Positions 38,888 through 49,700 of a stretch of 64,000 bases of DNA are shown one piece after another (position 1 is the stretch's first letter; the number at the start of each line of letters is the position of its first letter). The notes under the pieces are model-generated. The model saw only the letters and a program-made list of their open reading frames with translations, made no database searches and was not told where the DNA came from. Source of the stretch: a virus. Location of the stretch: positions 11,526 through 75,525 of the IMG/VR virus record IMGVR_UViG_3300030419_004148; one strand, 5' to 3'. The position numbers and the translations under genes are program-made.

Positions 38888-41800
38888 TAGTCGAACCTCA
38901 CTGTTCCTTTTGTTATTAAATTACCGGGCCATTTGTTTCCATCAGCGTCAGAAGTGCCTGATGCTGCAACTATTATATCTTTTGACCCACTTGAATAAAA
39001 GTTAGTTAAATCTCTATCACCTATACCTTCGTTTATATCCCAATTAGTGGTTGTACCAGAAGGCATTATTCGAACAACACCAGATTTACCTAAACGTGGA
39101 GGTGAGCCTGATGTAACCCAAGTTCCATCATTAGCACTACCACTAGTACCATAATTTTTAAGGTCCATAGTACCACTAGTAGTAATACCTAACTTTAACC
39201 AGACTGTTGCTGATAAAGCATTGTCAGGGTCAGCATATGCACCACTTACACTAGTAGCTGGATTTTCTGAAGATAATGTTGTTATATTAGCAGCAGATAA
39301 AGCTGATTTATAAAATCTAATATCTGCTAAAGAACCATTAAAACTTTGAACGTCACCTGTATAAGCTCCTCCTATTTTAATAGTTTTATCATTATTTAAA
39401 GAAGCATAAGTACCTAAACTTTGACCAGCAACAGGGATAGAACCATCTACATAACAAACCATATCTCCTCCACTTCCAGAAGCTACTATTGCAATATGTT
39501 TCCAAGTACCAGTAGCTATATTTGTATTATATCGGTTTTCTACTCCACCACCAGAATTATCATTTATTTGATTATTTAAATCACCGTGTTTCAAACCAAA
39601 TCTAAATCCGGGCCAAGCACTGTCTGAACTATTCATATTACTAATCATATATTCTTCATCAGCATCATCACCAAGCTTAGCCCAAAATGTCATAGTAAAT
39701 GCACTATTACCAAAATCTAATGCAGATGTTTTAGGAATTGTTATATAATTACCGTAACCATCATTATCGTCCCCATAAAATTGAACACAAGCTTCACCAC
39801 TTGCGTGAATTTGCATTAAACTTGTAGAAGTACCTTTAAAACCATCGTTGTCATTAACAAAATAAACAGTAGTACCAGCATCTAACTGAGCTTTACCGTG
39901 TGAACCTCCATAAATATACCATTGAGGCATTATTAAATCGTGACCTTGTGTTTCTAAAAAGACATCGTGACTACTTACAGAAGGCATCATCTGACTTGCC
40001 ATAGTAAGGTCGCCAGCTAAAACCATTCTACTTGTAGGTAAACAATGATTAATTTTAACTTCCGGTTGACCACCAATACCTGATGTTAACCCATTAGTTG
40101 CTGATAAAGAACCACTAGATGACCAATAAGATTGCCAGTCAGCAAATGGTACCTGAGTATCACCACCTAAAGGTTCTATATAACCGATACTAGTAACTGT
40201 ATTCCAAGGACTACTGTTTCTACCAAATGTAGCAAAACTATTTTGGTTTATTGTTCCCGGACCCCATTTCATAGCCCCATAAAGTTGTAGACATTGTTCA
40301 CCAGACCATCGAGTCATCTGTAACTTTTTACCAGAAGTAGCTCCACCGCTTACATTACCAAGTCTAAGTGAATTAGCCTGAAGATAAATATCATTTGTTG
40401 ATGTTAAATATAGTCTATTGTTAGCACTTGCTAATTCAGCAGCACTACCTGTACTACCTAACCAATTACCGTAACCGTAAGGTAAGTCCCAAGCACTAGA
40501 GTTTGCTAAAGTTCCTGCACTACTTGATGCACTTAAATTATAAACATTAGTTGAAGCAGAGTTACCATCAAACTGGAACCAAGCCATACACTTAGTTTCG
40601 TCCATAGCAGCAGCCATCTCAGTGTAATTCATTAAATACATCTCTCTTAATTGTGCGTGTGTTAATTCAGTCTTCCATACAGACATTCTACCAAGACTGC
40701 CGAAAGCATATGCACTCGGTGAACCTGCATCATATCTGCCTATGTTTAAAGCAGGGGAACCACTAATGGTGCCTATATCAGAGGCAGTCCCACTAGCTTC
40801 TAAATGTCCGTCTACATATAATTTCATAGATGTAGATTTATAAGTAGCAGCTAAATGATGCCAATTACCATCAGTGATATTACTAGTACCTGTAATCATT
40901 TGATTACTGCTACCGTCATAAATATTAAATTTAGCTTTATATTCTCCATCTGCATCATCAGAATCTGTACCACCAAGCCATACAATAGTATTCATATCCA
41001 TCCAACGGAACTCTGTATTACTTGCTGTATTTTCTGGTTTTACCCAACATTCCCAAGTAAATTCGTCAGTAGTAGTTGGGTCAATGTTTGCTGAATGTGT
41101 TACAGTCATATAATCAGTTTCACCATCTCTAAAGTTTACTCTAGAATATCCAATTATACCACCTACTGTGGTAATAGTACTACCGCTTAATGTAACCGTG
41201 TTATGGTTTTGTTGAAAAATACCATTATTACCGTGTCCACCAAGATATAAACTACCAGCTTGTAAATGTGTACCATCTCCGTCACTTCCTACAACAAATT
41301 GGTTTCCTCCCAACTCTCCGATTATTAAATCAGAACCAATGTTAGTGTTAGCTGTTATTGTTGAACCATATTGTGAATTTTTCATTTGTTTACTACTACC
41401 TACTAATTCAGGCATTAAACAAGAAGTATTAGCTGCTGTTGCATTTTGATAAATGATTTTACTTCCTGCATTACTAGTCCAAGTTTTAGCATTTACAGAA
41501 GAAAATTTATTAACACGAAGAATTGCGTCTGAAACATCACAGTTACCAGACATATAAAAGAGAGGTACTTCAATATTAACAGAAGCTCCACTTACGTCAA
41601 GAGTCTGCCCAGTATCTTGCGGAGTTGGTGATTGATTGTCTGTTAGTGGGAATTTTATTTCCGCTCCACCACCAGCTTTATCACCCCATACAACATCTCC
41701 TATTAATTTTAATGTAGCTGTGTTTTCAAAACCATTATTACCAGTTTTACAAGAACCTTTTAAAATTACATCTTCAACTTGAATGCTACGATAAGGAGAT

Positions 41801-43812
41801 ATCATACAACCATATTCACTATGAGTTCCACTTAGTGTAGCTGGAAACAATGGATTTGCTGATTTGATTTTAGAACCTTGATTATTAGTAGTCATTGCTT
41901 GTATGTAAGCACTACCAGAAATAGTTCCTGCTGCACCAGTAGTTCCTAAAGTTAAAGTATATCCTTCAGTATGACCTGCGTGAGCATAAGCCCTCATATT
42001 ACCTTGTAAATTTATTGAATCTTCTACAGTCCAATTTCCACGATGCCATTGTGGTTTTGTACCGGCTTGTTTAATTTTATAAAATGTATTAGTGTTATCT
42101 GCTGCATTGGCAGGATACCAATCAGTAGTAGTAGTACCACTAAATGTCAATGTACCACTATTGTGTATATAAGACCCATTTATTCTAAAAGCTGGAGTAG
42201 AAACAGCACTCAGTGCTCTAAGCATAAACTCTCCTCTTGGAGCGTCAAGGGTAGTGCCACTAGTAACATTAAGAAGATTACCACCGTTATTTCCACTAGA
42301 CCTTATTTCATATGGAGGATTAACCCACGTTGCATTAGCAATTGTACCATCTGGTTCTTCGTTCACACCACTATCTGTCACCGCTGCGCCCGTACCTTCA
42401 TTAAATTTCCACCATCCAACAGGAGCTCCGTCCCATTGTCCTTTGTAAAGAAGGTCAACTTGTGCAGCAGTTAGTGCTGTATTATAAACACGTATATCAC
42501 GGCCACTTACGTCTGCATTATGGTCACCAACTGAGGTCATTGCACCAAAAAGAAATGAACCTGCTTGAGTGCTGGGACCCTCTGCAAATACATCAGAATT
42601 AGTTGCTACAGACTTTCCATTTACATATAATTCCGCAGCACTACCAGTATTACACACTACTACTATATGTGCCCATTCATCTACAGTTAACTGACTAGAA
42701 GCTCCAACCCAAGCGTGAGCGCTACCTGTAGTTCGATATACAGCAGAAAGCGCTCCGGCTTCTTCAGAACCATCCGAAGGTTTACTATTTAAAGATATAG
42801 AAATCCAACTCGAAGTACTACCACCAGCATCTCTCCACATAGAAGTCGCATATCCTTTAGATGTATTTTGAGGTTTACACCAAAGACTTATAGACGCATT
42901 ACCAGAAGCAGTACTTCCCATAATATCAGATGCTTTTCCCATATTAACATAATTTCCGGTATCATTAGTTGAATCTATATACGTCGAGTCCAGCAGGTTC
43001 CAAGTACCACCACTTACATCAATTGTAACTTTAGAAGTATCAGAACCAATACTTCCAGAACCCACTTGATTAAGATGATATTTAGATTTATCTTGTACAG
43101 TGTTAGTTAAAGTCAAATCACTATCTGTTGCACTACCATCATCGTTTGTAGCACCGTCATCACAGGTCCACCAGTGAATTGGAGTACCGTGTGGTAACTC
43201 GCCCTTCATAATTTGACCGAGTTGAGCAGTAGAACTTGATACATTGTAAACTTGAACATCACGTATGTATCCGGGGAAATACCTTCCATCTGAAAAAGCA
43301 GCCCTTCCTAAATGAGGGTTTGCAATAGCATAACTGTGTGTGCCAGCAGATGCATAAGAACCATCTGAATATAGTTCACCATCAACATATAAACCTACAT
43401 TATTACCGTCAGTTACTATAGCAAAATGTTGCCAAGTTCCGCTTGTTAATACACCAGCAGACCCACCTGTATCTTTTGTAGCTAAACCTCCTCCAGCAGA
43501 ATCAACATATCCAAATCTGAATGAGACACCGTGACTACTGTGATTTCTAGTTTGCATTAAAATCTTTCTAGATTCAGAACTAGAATCAGAAAAGAGTACT
43601 TTTTCACCTTGATTAGTTTGTGACCCTGTATAGTAAACCCACATAGCTATGGTAGCTGTAGTTCCTGTAACTGTTGACATAGTAGTAGAACCACTAGCGT
43701 AAGCGTCAGTACCATTCAACTGCATAGCAGAAGGCATATCTAATACTACAGAACCACTACTTAATGAACCAATTACATTACTACCGTGCCCTACAAAGTT
43801 GATTCTAGCCAC
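38887..43812 (-). CDS. Multi-LamG (about 4) virion adhesin
   Basis: Four W.H(F/I/L)...(L/C)YV.G...(D)(V/I)R.Y-type units. Confidence 0.75.
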   Translation of the reverse strand: MARINFVGHGSNVIGSLSSGSVVLDMPSAMQLNGTDAYASGSTTMSTVTGTTATIAMWVYYTGSQTNQGEKVLFSDSSSESRKILMQTRNHSSHGVSFRFGYVDSAGGGLATKDTGGSAGVLTSGTWQHFAIVTDGNNVGLYVDGELYSDGSYASAGTHSYAIANPHLGRAAFSDGRYFPGYIRDVQVYNVSSSTAQLGQIMKGELPHGTPIHWWTCDDGATNDDGSATDSDLTLTNTVQDKSKYHLNQVGSGSIGSDTSKVTIDVSGGTWNLLDSTYIDSTNDTGNYVNMGKASDIMGSTASGNASISLWCKPQNTSKGYATSMWRDAGGSTSSWISISLNSKPSDGSEEAGALSAVYRTTGSAHAWVGASSQLTVDEWAHIVVVCNTGSAAELYVNGKSVATNSDVFAEGPSTQAGSFLFGAMTSVGDHNADVSGRDIRVYNTALTAAQVDLLYKGQWDGAPVGWWKFNEGTGAAVTDSGVNEEPDGTIANATWVNPPYEIRSSGNNGGNLLNVTSGTTLDAPRGEFMLRALSAVSTPAFRINGSYIHNSGTLTFSGTTTTDWYPANAADNTNTFYKIKQAGTKPQWHRGNWTVEDSINLQGNMRAYAHAGHTEGYTLTLGTTGAAGTISGSAYIQAMTTNNQGSKIKSANPLFPATLSGTHSEYGCMISPYRSIQVEDVILKGSCKTGNNGFENTATLKLIGDVVWGDKAGGGAEIKFPLTDNQSPTPQDTGQTLDVSGASVNIEVPLFYMSGNCDVSDAILRVNKFSSVNAKTWTSNAGSKIIYQNATAANTSCLMPELVGSSKQMKNSQYGSTITANTNIGSDLIIGELGGNQFVVGSDGDGTHLQAGSLYLGGHGNNGIFQQNHNTVTLSGSTITTVGGIIGYSRVNFRDGETDYMTVTHSANIDPTTTDEFTWECWVKPENTASNTEFRWMDMNTIVWLGGTDSDDADGEYKAKFNIYDGSSNQMITGTSNITDGNWHHLAATYKSTSMKLYVDGHLEASGTASDIGTISGSPALNIGRYDAGSPSAYAFGSLGRMSVWKTELTHAQLREMYLMNYTEMAAAMDETKCMAWFQFDGNSASTNVYNLSASSSAGTLANSSAWDLPYGYGNWLGSTGSAAELASANNRLYLTSTNDIYLQANSLRLGNVSGGATSGKKLQMTRWSGEQCLQLYGAMKWGPGTINQNSFATFGRNSSPWNTVTSIGYIEPLGGDTQVPFADWQSYWSSSGSLSATNGLTSGIGGQPEVKINHCLPTSRMVLAGDLTMASQMMPSVSSHDVFLETQGHDLIMPQWYIYGGSHGKAQLDAGTTVYFVNDNDGFKGTSTSLMQIHASGEACVQFYGDDNDGYGNYITIPKTSALDFGNSAFTMTFWAKLGDDADEEYMISNMNSSDSAWPGFRFGLKHGDLNNQINDNSGGGVENRYNTNIATGTWKHIAIVASGSGGDMVCYVDGSIPVAGQSLGTYASLNNDKTIKIGGAYTGDVQSFNGSLADIRFYKSALSAANITTLSSENPATSVSGAYADPDNALSATVWLKLGITTSGTMDLKNYGTSGSANDGTWVTSGSPPRLGKSGVVRIMPSGTTTNWDINEGIGDRDLTNFYSSGSKDIIVAASGTSDADGNKWPGNLITKGTVRFD

Positions 43813-46186
43813 TGTTTATCTTTCCTCCTTTATTAATTAAATTACCGTGTAACTTGAAATAACGATTTGTGGTACCCATATCATTAATATCTAATAAAGC
43901 ATTTGCACCACCAAGTGTTAAATTACCTGATACTTCTATACTTATATTTGAAGAACTACTTAAAAGGTACCAATTTTTAAATTGACCACTTTCAATATTT
44001 AAATTACGACCTATATGCCACACATCTGTAGTACCTGCGCCTTGTGGTGTCATATAATTAGTATCAACACCGTTGTATGTAAAATCTCTAATAACCGATA
44101 TATCCCTATTAGGAGCACAATTGCCTCCAGATATAATTAAATTATAAAATGCGTCATCTCCAGTAAAACCGTCTGCGTGTTCGTGTTCTATACCTTCACC
44201 CCAAGTAACACCAGACACCATCAAACTACCACTGTTATGATGCATCTCTCCACCATTATACATATAGAAACAAGCATTATTATGTTCAGTACTTCCATTA
44301 TTCCTAATCACAGCGCCTTCATAAAACTCATCACCAGCAGCCTGTGCTAATGATTCAGTATTTCCAGAATAAGGCCAATATATTTTACCACTAGGACCAA
44401 GAACAATAGAACCAAATTCAAACCGAGGCCACGCACCATTGCGAGTCCAACTACTTGTCGTAGATTGTGTTGTTACCATATCTTGATAATTAGCTGCACC
44501 ATACTCTCTTAAATCTAACGTACCAGATATATAAGATACAACCCCCCTTTCTGCAAAGAAACCACCAGCATACGGTTCAATATCAGTTGAACCACCTCTA
44601 AGTTCTATATGTGAACCAGTAGCTACCTTAAACTCATTGTGTAAATGCCAAGGAGCCCCTGAATATGTAGGGTTGTTTACTTGTACCCCATTAGCACCAG
44701 AAATGTGAACATTATACCAATGAAATCTTCGGCCATAACCCGTTACAGCACTACCACTTGCGGGGTCACCGGCAATAGTCACATTCTTATAATCATTCTG
44801 ATTTGCTTGGACAATAGAAGCACTATAACCATTCTGCATCAGTACAGTCCCACTATTGTGATAAAAACCGACCTTTATAGTATTTTCCGTAAAAGCATCT
44901 TCGTGGTTACCCAAATGAGTTCCCATATTAGTATAAATACTTGAGTAACTATTATATCCTTTAGAATTAAATGTAGTTGTATCACTGCTAAATTCAATAT
45001 ATGGGTATTGTGTACCACCGCCAGTTAAAGTACAGTCTCCATACTGTGCTTTTAAAGAACCTATTATAAGATTAGAATCTTCACCTACTATAGAAGAAGC
45101 TCCTTGCATTTGTACTGATTGGAAAGAACCTTCGTTACTTCCGTCAGTTTGTTTATCATATTCACCAGCATTTCCTTTAGCTGGGTATGCTCCTAAAGAA
45201 ACATCATTTCCACCCTGACAATCTAAAATAGCTCTACTATATTTAGAATATTTACGGTCAACATTCTGTTCAGCAGGTTGATTTCCACCCATCCACGCAC
45301 TTTTCATAGCGTGGTCTTTAGCAATCATCCAAGTCATACCACTGACTGTAAGGTCTACGCCAGTACCACCATAATTACAATAAAATTTACCTTTGTATAA
45401 ATAAAAATAATGACATACTATCAACTTTGAACGAGGTCTAATAGTGTATTGTGCATAAGTAGGACTAGCTCTAGCATCCCAAGGTAAATCAATTACTAAA
45501 TCCCAAGGGCCATCATTTCCTGTTGTGTTTAATCCGTCCCATTGAACATACTGATTATTATCCCAACCAGTTAAACTATCTCCTTCTGCATCATCAGGCA
45601 CTTTGATATAAATCATACCTTTATTGTGATAAATCTTACCAGCAGTTAATTCAAAGTAACGGTCTTCATCTGTATTTGAACCTACAAGATAACAAACACC
45701 ACTTGTAAGATAAGTTTCAGCATTTGCACTGGTTTGTTTCATACCTCTTCCGACATACCACACACCAGTAGCACCATCTAATATTTTACCACTGTCTGAA
45801 ACAACTAATCCATAAGTAGTAGCGTTACTTCCAGAAGAAACTTTTAAAGTAGAACCTGATAAATCGAGTTGACCCTCGTGTTTCATTTCTAGTTTACCAT
45901 CTACAATTGTTAAATCATTATCATCTGTTTTAAACGTTCCACTTAATATAGTCATATCGCCGTAAACAGTTAATGAGTTTTGTTGTGCAACACTCCAATC
46001 ACCTTGACTACTACTTACAGTTAAACTACTACAAGCTGAAGCAGCATTAATATAACACTTATCAACCGTCCCTGTAATGATAGCTGTGTCTCCCGAAACA
46101 GGGTATCCACTACCTTGGTCCCAATTTGCGGGTGCAGTCCAATCACCGGGACTGCCTGAATTTCGTGTCCACGTAAACGTTGTCAT
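43805..46186 (-). CDS. Beta-helix-like virion protein
   Basis: N-terminal W....NW..G.P..GD.A.I; HN.G repeats. Confidence 0.6.
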   Translation of the reverse strand: MTTFTWTRNSGSPGDWTAPANWDQGSGYPVSGDTAIITGTVDKCYINAASACSSLTVSSSQGDWSVAQQNSLTVYGDMTILSGTFKTDDNDLTIVDGKLEMKHEGQLDLSGSTLKVSSGSNATTYGLVVSDSGKILDGATGVWYVGRGMKQTSANAETYLTSGVCYLVGSNTDEDRYFELTAGKIYHNKGMIYIKVPDDAEGDSLTGWDNNQYVQWDGLNTTGNDGPWDLVIDLPWDARASPTYAQYTIRPRSKLIVCHYFYLYKGKFYCNYGGTGVDLTVSGMTWMIAKDHAMKSAWMGGNQPAEQNVDRKYSKYSRAILDCQGGNDVSLGAYPAKGNAGEYDKQTDGSNEGSFQSVQMQGASSIVGEDSNLIIGSLKAQYGDCTLTGGGTQYPYIEFSSDTTTFNSKGYNSYSSIYTNMGTHLGNHEDAFTENTIKVGFYHNSGTVLMQNGYSASIVQANQNDYKNVTIAGDPASGSAVTGYGRRFHWYNVHISGANGVQVNNPTYSGAPWHLHNEFKVATGSHIELRGGSTDIEPYAGGFFAERGVVSYISGTLDLREYGAANYQDMVTTQSTTSSWTRNGAWPRFEFGSIVLGPSGKIYWPYSGNTESLAQAAGDEFYEGAVIRNNGSTEHNNACFYMYNGGEMHHNSGSLMVSGVTWGEGIEHEHADGFTGDDAFYNLIISGGNCAPNRDISVIRDFTYNGVDTNYMTPQGAGTTDVWHIGRNLNIESGQFKNWYLLSSSSNISIEVSGNLTLGGANALLDINDMGTTNRYFKLHGNLINKGGKINSG

Positions 46187-46199
46187 CTACTTAAGCTCC

Positions 46200-46652
46200 T
46201 TAATTTGAGGCGTATAAGTAAGCTACGACACCAGAAGTAGTACTAGAATCTGTATAACCAACTAGAGCTACATATCGGTATCTATTATTAAAAGGTATAT
46301 GTTTAGTCTCTGTAGCTGCAACACTAATAGTAGAACCAACTTTATCCCAAACTTTTGCTCCTTCTCCTGTTGCTGACCAATCTACAGCACCAGATGCGTA
46401 TGCGGCATACATTTCTAAGTTCAAAGCTTGACTTCCAGAATTATAAACGAACCAAGAACCTGTTTTACCATTTAGTTCTGTTTTTTCTACCAAAGCAGTT
46501 GCAGAAGTTCCTACAGAAGCAGTGGTCCCACTAGAATAAGTTAAACCAGCCTCTGAGTCATCGAAAGCAGTTACTACTCTTGTGGCAGTACCTTCGGAAG
46601 TTTCTAAGAAACTATCCATACGTCTACCAGATAAACTATCTTTTAGGGCCAT
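46200..46652 (-). CDS. Hypothetical structural protein
   Basis: GAGGTGA RBS before ATG 46652; TATA at 46687-46694. Confidence 0.65.
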   Translation of the reverse strand: MALKDSLSGRRMDSFLETSEGTATRVVTAFDDSEAGLTYSSGTTASVGTSATALVEKTELNGKTGSWFVYNSGSQALNLEMYAAYASGAVDWSATGEGAKVWDKVGSTISVAATETKHIPFNNRYRYVALVGYTDSSTTSGVVAYLYASN

Positions 46653-46702
46653 AATAATCACCTCAAAGATAATAATGTTGAAATTATATATAAAGATTGT
46701 CC

Positions 46703-49700
46703 TTAATCTTTCACAACCCAAACACCAGAAGCAACCTTACAAAATGTCTTATTAGCGCCCCTATATCCTGCAATTGTAACTGTAGCGGATGCACTATTAC
46801 TATTACCCTCATATATAACATCTCCACTTCCGGGGTCTACTACTACTGACAGAGCAGCTTGAGGGTTAGAAGAAGTTCTTTGGAAAAGTGTAACAAATCC
46901 ACCAACATTTAAACCATTAGTATTAGGTAATTGTGTTGTAATTGTGGTAGGAGTACCAACACTAGCAGCGGGTTCAGGTAGTATTTCAAAATAATTAGTC
47001 TCTGTACCCACTACAGCGTTTTGAATTTGTGTATTTGTAGCGTCAACAATGTATGTTGCCTGAGTTAATGAATACTCTAATCGACTAGTTACGTGAGCTG
47101 TACTTAATGTACTCTCCTTTATCATATCATTTAAATTCCAATCACCAGCTACGTGTAATTTTGTAGAAGGATTAGTTATGCCTATACCTACTTTACCGTC
47201 ACTACTAACATTTAAATTACCAGCATTTAAACTAGAGTTTGTTCCCATTGAAAGATATCCACCATCACTATTAATGAATTGTGTAGAAGAAGGGTCTTTT
47301 ATTCTTAAAGATGCAATATTATCTCCAGACTCAAGTAAAAGTAATGAATTTGTAGATGCGTGTTTAATATGAACGAACTCAGAAGGATTAGTTAAACCTA
47401 TACCTACTTTACCATCTTGAGTGATAGCCATTCTATCATCAAGAGTAGTTGTGCTATTATCTACTGTACTAAATATTAAATCTGTACCTCTAGCTGCAGC
47501 ACCAAAATCTTGAGTAGCTTGACCTCTAATTTGAGCTCCAATTTCAAAAGAATCTCCATCACTACCTCTGAAAGCTAATAAACCTAAGTAGTCACCATTT
47601 GCAACAGTAGTGTGTGAACCAGCTGTACTATTAGCAGATTTATTTAAAAATATTTTAGCGGTCTTGTCATCAGTGGCAGAATAAGCATATATACCTAATT
47701 GTGTACTTGAATTATCATCACCTGCAACTGTCAATAAATCTGAAGGTGAAGTTGTATTTATAGCAAAAAGACCATCACCATCTATCAGGGCTCTAGTAGT
47801 GCCATTTGTTCCAAACGTCATAGCACCATTTTCTCTATTTTTAAAATTAATATCGGCTGAATCTTGTATTATTTCAAAACCATCAGAACCACCTTCACCT
47901 GTGTTTCCGTTACTCATTTTGAAATATGTAGTACTTGCACCGTGTATATGAAGAAGTCTATCTGGTGCAGTTGTGCCTAGACCTAACCTACCTCCAGAAG
48001 TTAATATCATCAAATCAGTAGTATTGTCTTTAAATTGAATATCACCATCAGCTTCAAACTCCATAGATGCGTGTGAACCACTTCTAATCGTAATTGGTGC
48101 AGCCGTTCCTTGGTCGTTATATATATTAAATTCACCATCATAACTAACGGTCATATTAGCATTAGCGTCCAAATAAAGATTTTCCGCAGAAGCTAAAGTA
48201 ACGTGACGAGTTGCATACAAATATGCATCTTTCTGATAGTTAGTGCCAGTTGGTTTAATTCTAAAGAACTCAGTGGAAGTTGCAGCACCCGAAATATGAG
48301 TCATTGCTCCATCCGTAGTAGAACCTGTGGCGTGTCTAAATCTGGTATATCTACCTTCTGTGTTCCAAATGTCTACATAAGAATCTCCTGTAGTTCCTAA
48401 CATTAAACCTGCGGAACCGAAAATTGATGAATAAGTGTCATTACCCGGAACTGAATTAGTAGGTTTAATCATCACTTCACGAGTACCATCATATCCTCTA
48501 ATACTTCCCCCTGATACATCCAATAATTGAGCAGGTGCGGTTGTGCCTATACCTACATTACCACCTGTGTCATTTAAAAGTACATCTGCCGTAGCTCTTA
48601 TATATAAATCATTAGAATTTCTAAATAATTTAGTATCGGAATCACCTAAGTATAGAGTACTTTGAACGTTTGCGTCTCCATTAACATCTAATTTATAATT
48701 AGGTCCATTTGTACCTATACCTAATCTTTGTGTAGAACCTTTAAATGTAGCATATTCTGTCCCTCCTCTGTAATTGTAAATTTTAATGTCACCACCAGTT
48801 TGGTCTGCCTCATCAGGTTCAAATGAAATTGCATCTGCTGAATTGAAGTGAAAATTGTCTCCAGCATACAGATAGAAAGAACCTGTTGTAGCAATTTTAG
48901 CATTATTTGTCCCTGTAGTTTCATACAATAATTTTGAACCTCCAAATGAAGAAGAACTATTAAATTGAATTTCTTTATTAGAACCACCGGGCGTTCCTCC
49001 TCCTCCAGCGATAGAACCGTTGTTAGTTAATGCAATGTCATTACCATCATCATCTGTATAATATAAATTAGCAGGGTCATCATTTTTAACCCAAAGTTTT
49101 CCGAAGGTGTCTGTATGATTAGGTGCTGATGAACGTTCTTTGATTTCTATTGTAGGGTCAGAACCGTGTAATCCTACAAGACCATCGTCGTGAACTGTAA
49201 ATAACCAATTCTGGGAACTGTCAACTACTTTAAATAAATAAGTACCTGCTGAACCTCCTAAATCAGCTTGTACATTTCCCTTACTATCTAATCTAATATT
49301 TTTACCACCGGTATCTGTTTTTAAAGTAAGGTGACCTTCTTTTGCTTGTAGTTGAGTGTCTCCATCATTGGCTACAGTCATATCAGTATAATAAGTAGTA
49401 TCATAAGACCAACGTTGTTGTGTTGATGTATTAAGTAAGTCTAGTGGTGCATTAGGTGCAGTTGTGCCTATACCTACGTCACCATCTGATTTTACAACTA
49501 ATCTTTTATTAGCAAATCCGTTAGTAGAAATAAATACATCATTATCTCCTTCTGTTACTAAACCAAGGTATCCATCGTTCTTTGCTCGTATACCAAGCGA
49601 AGATTCATAAGTCATATCATAATCATAAAATTTAAAGTCTCTAGTTCCACCAGTTCTAATAACGAATTTTTTATCAGGTGAATCTGTACCTATACCTACT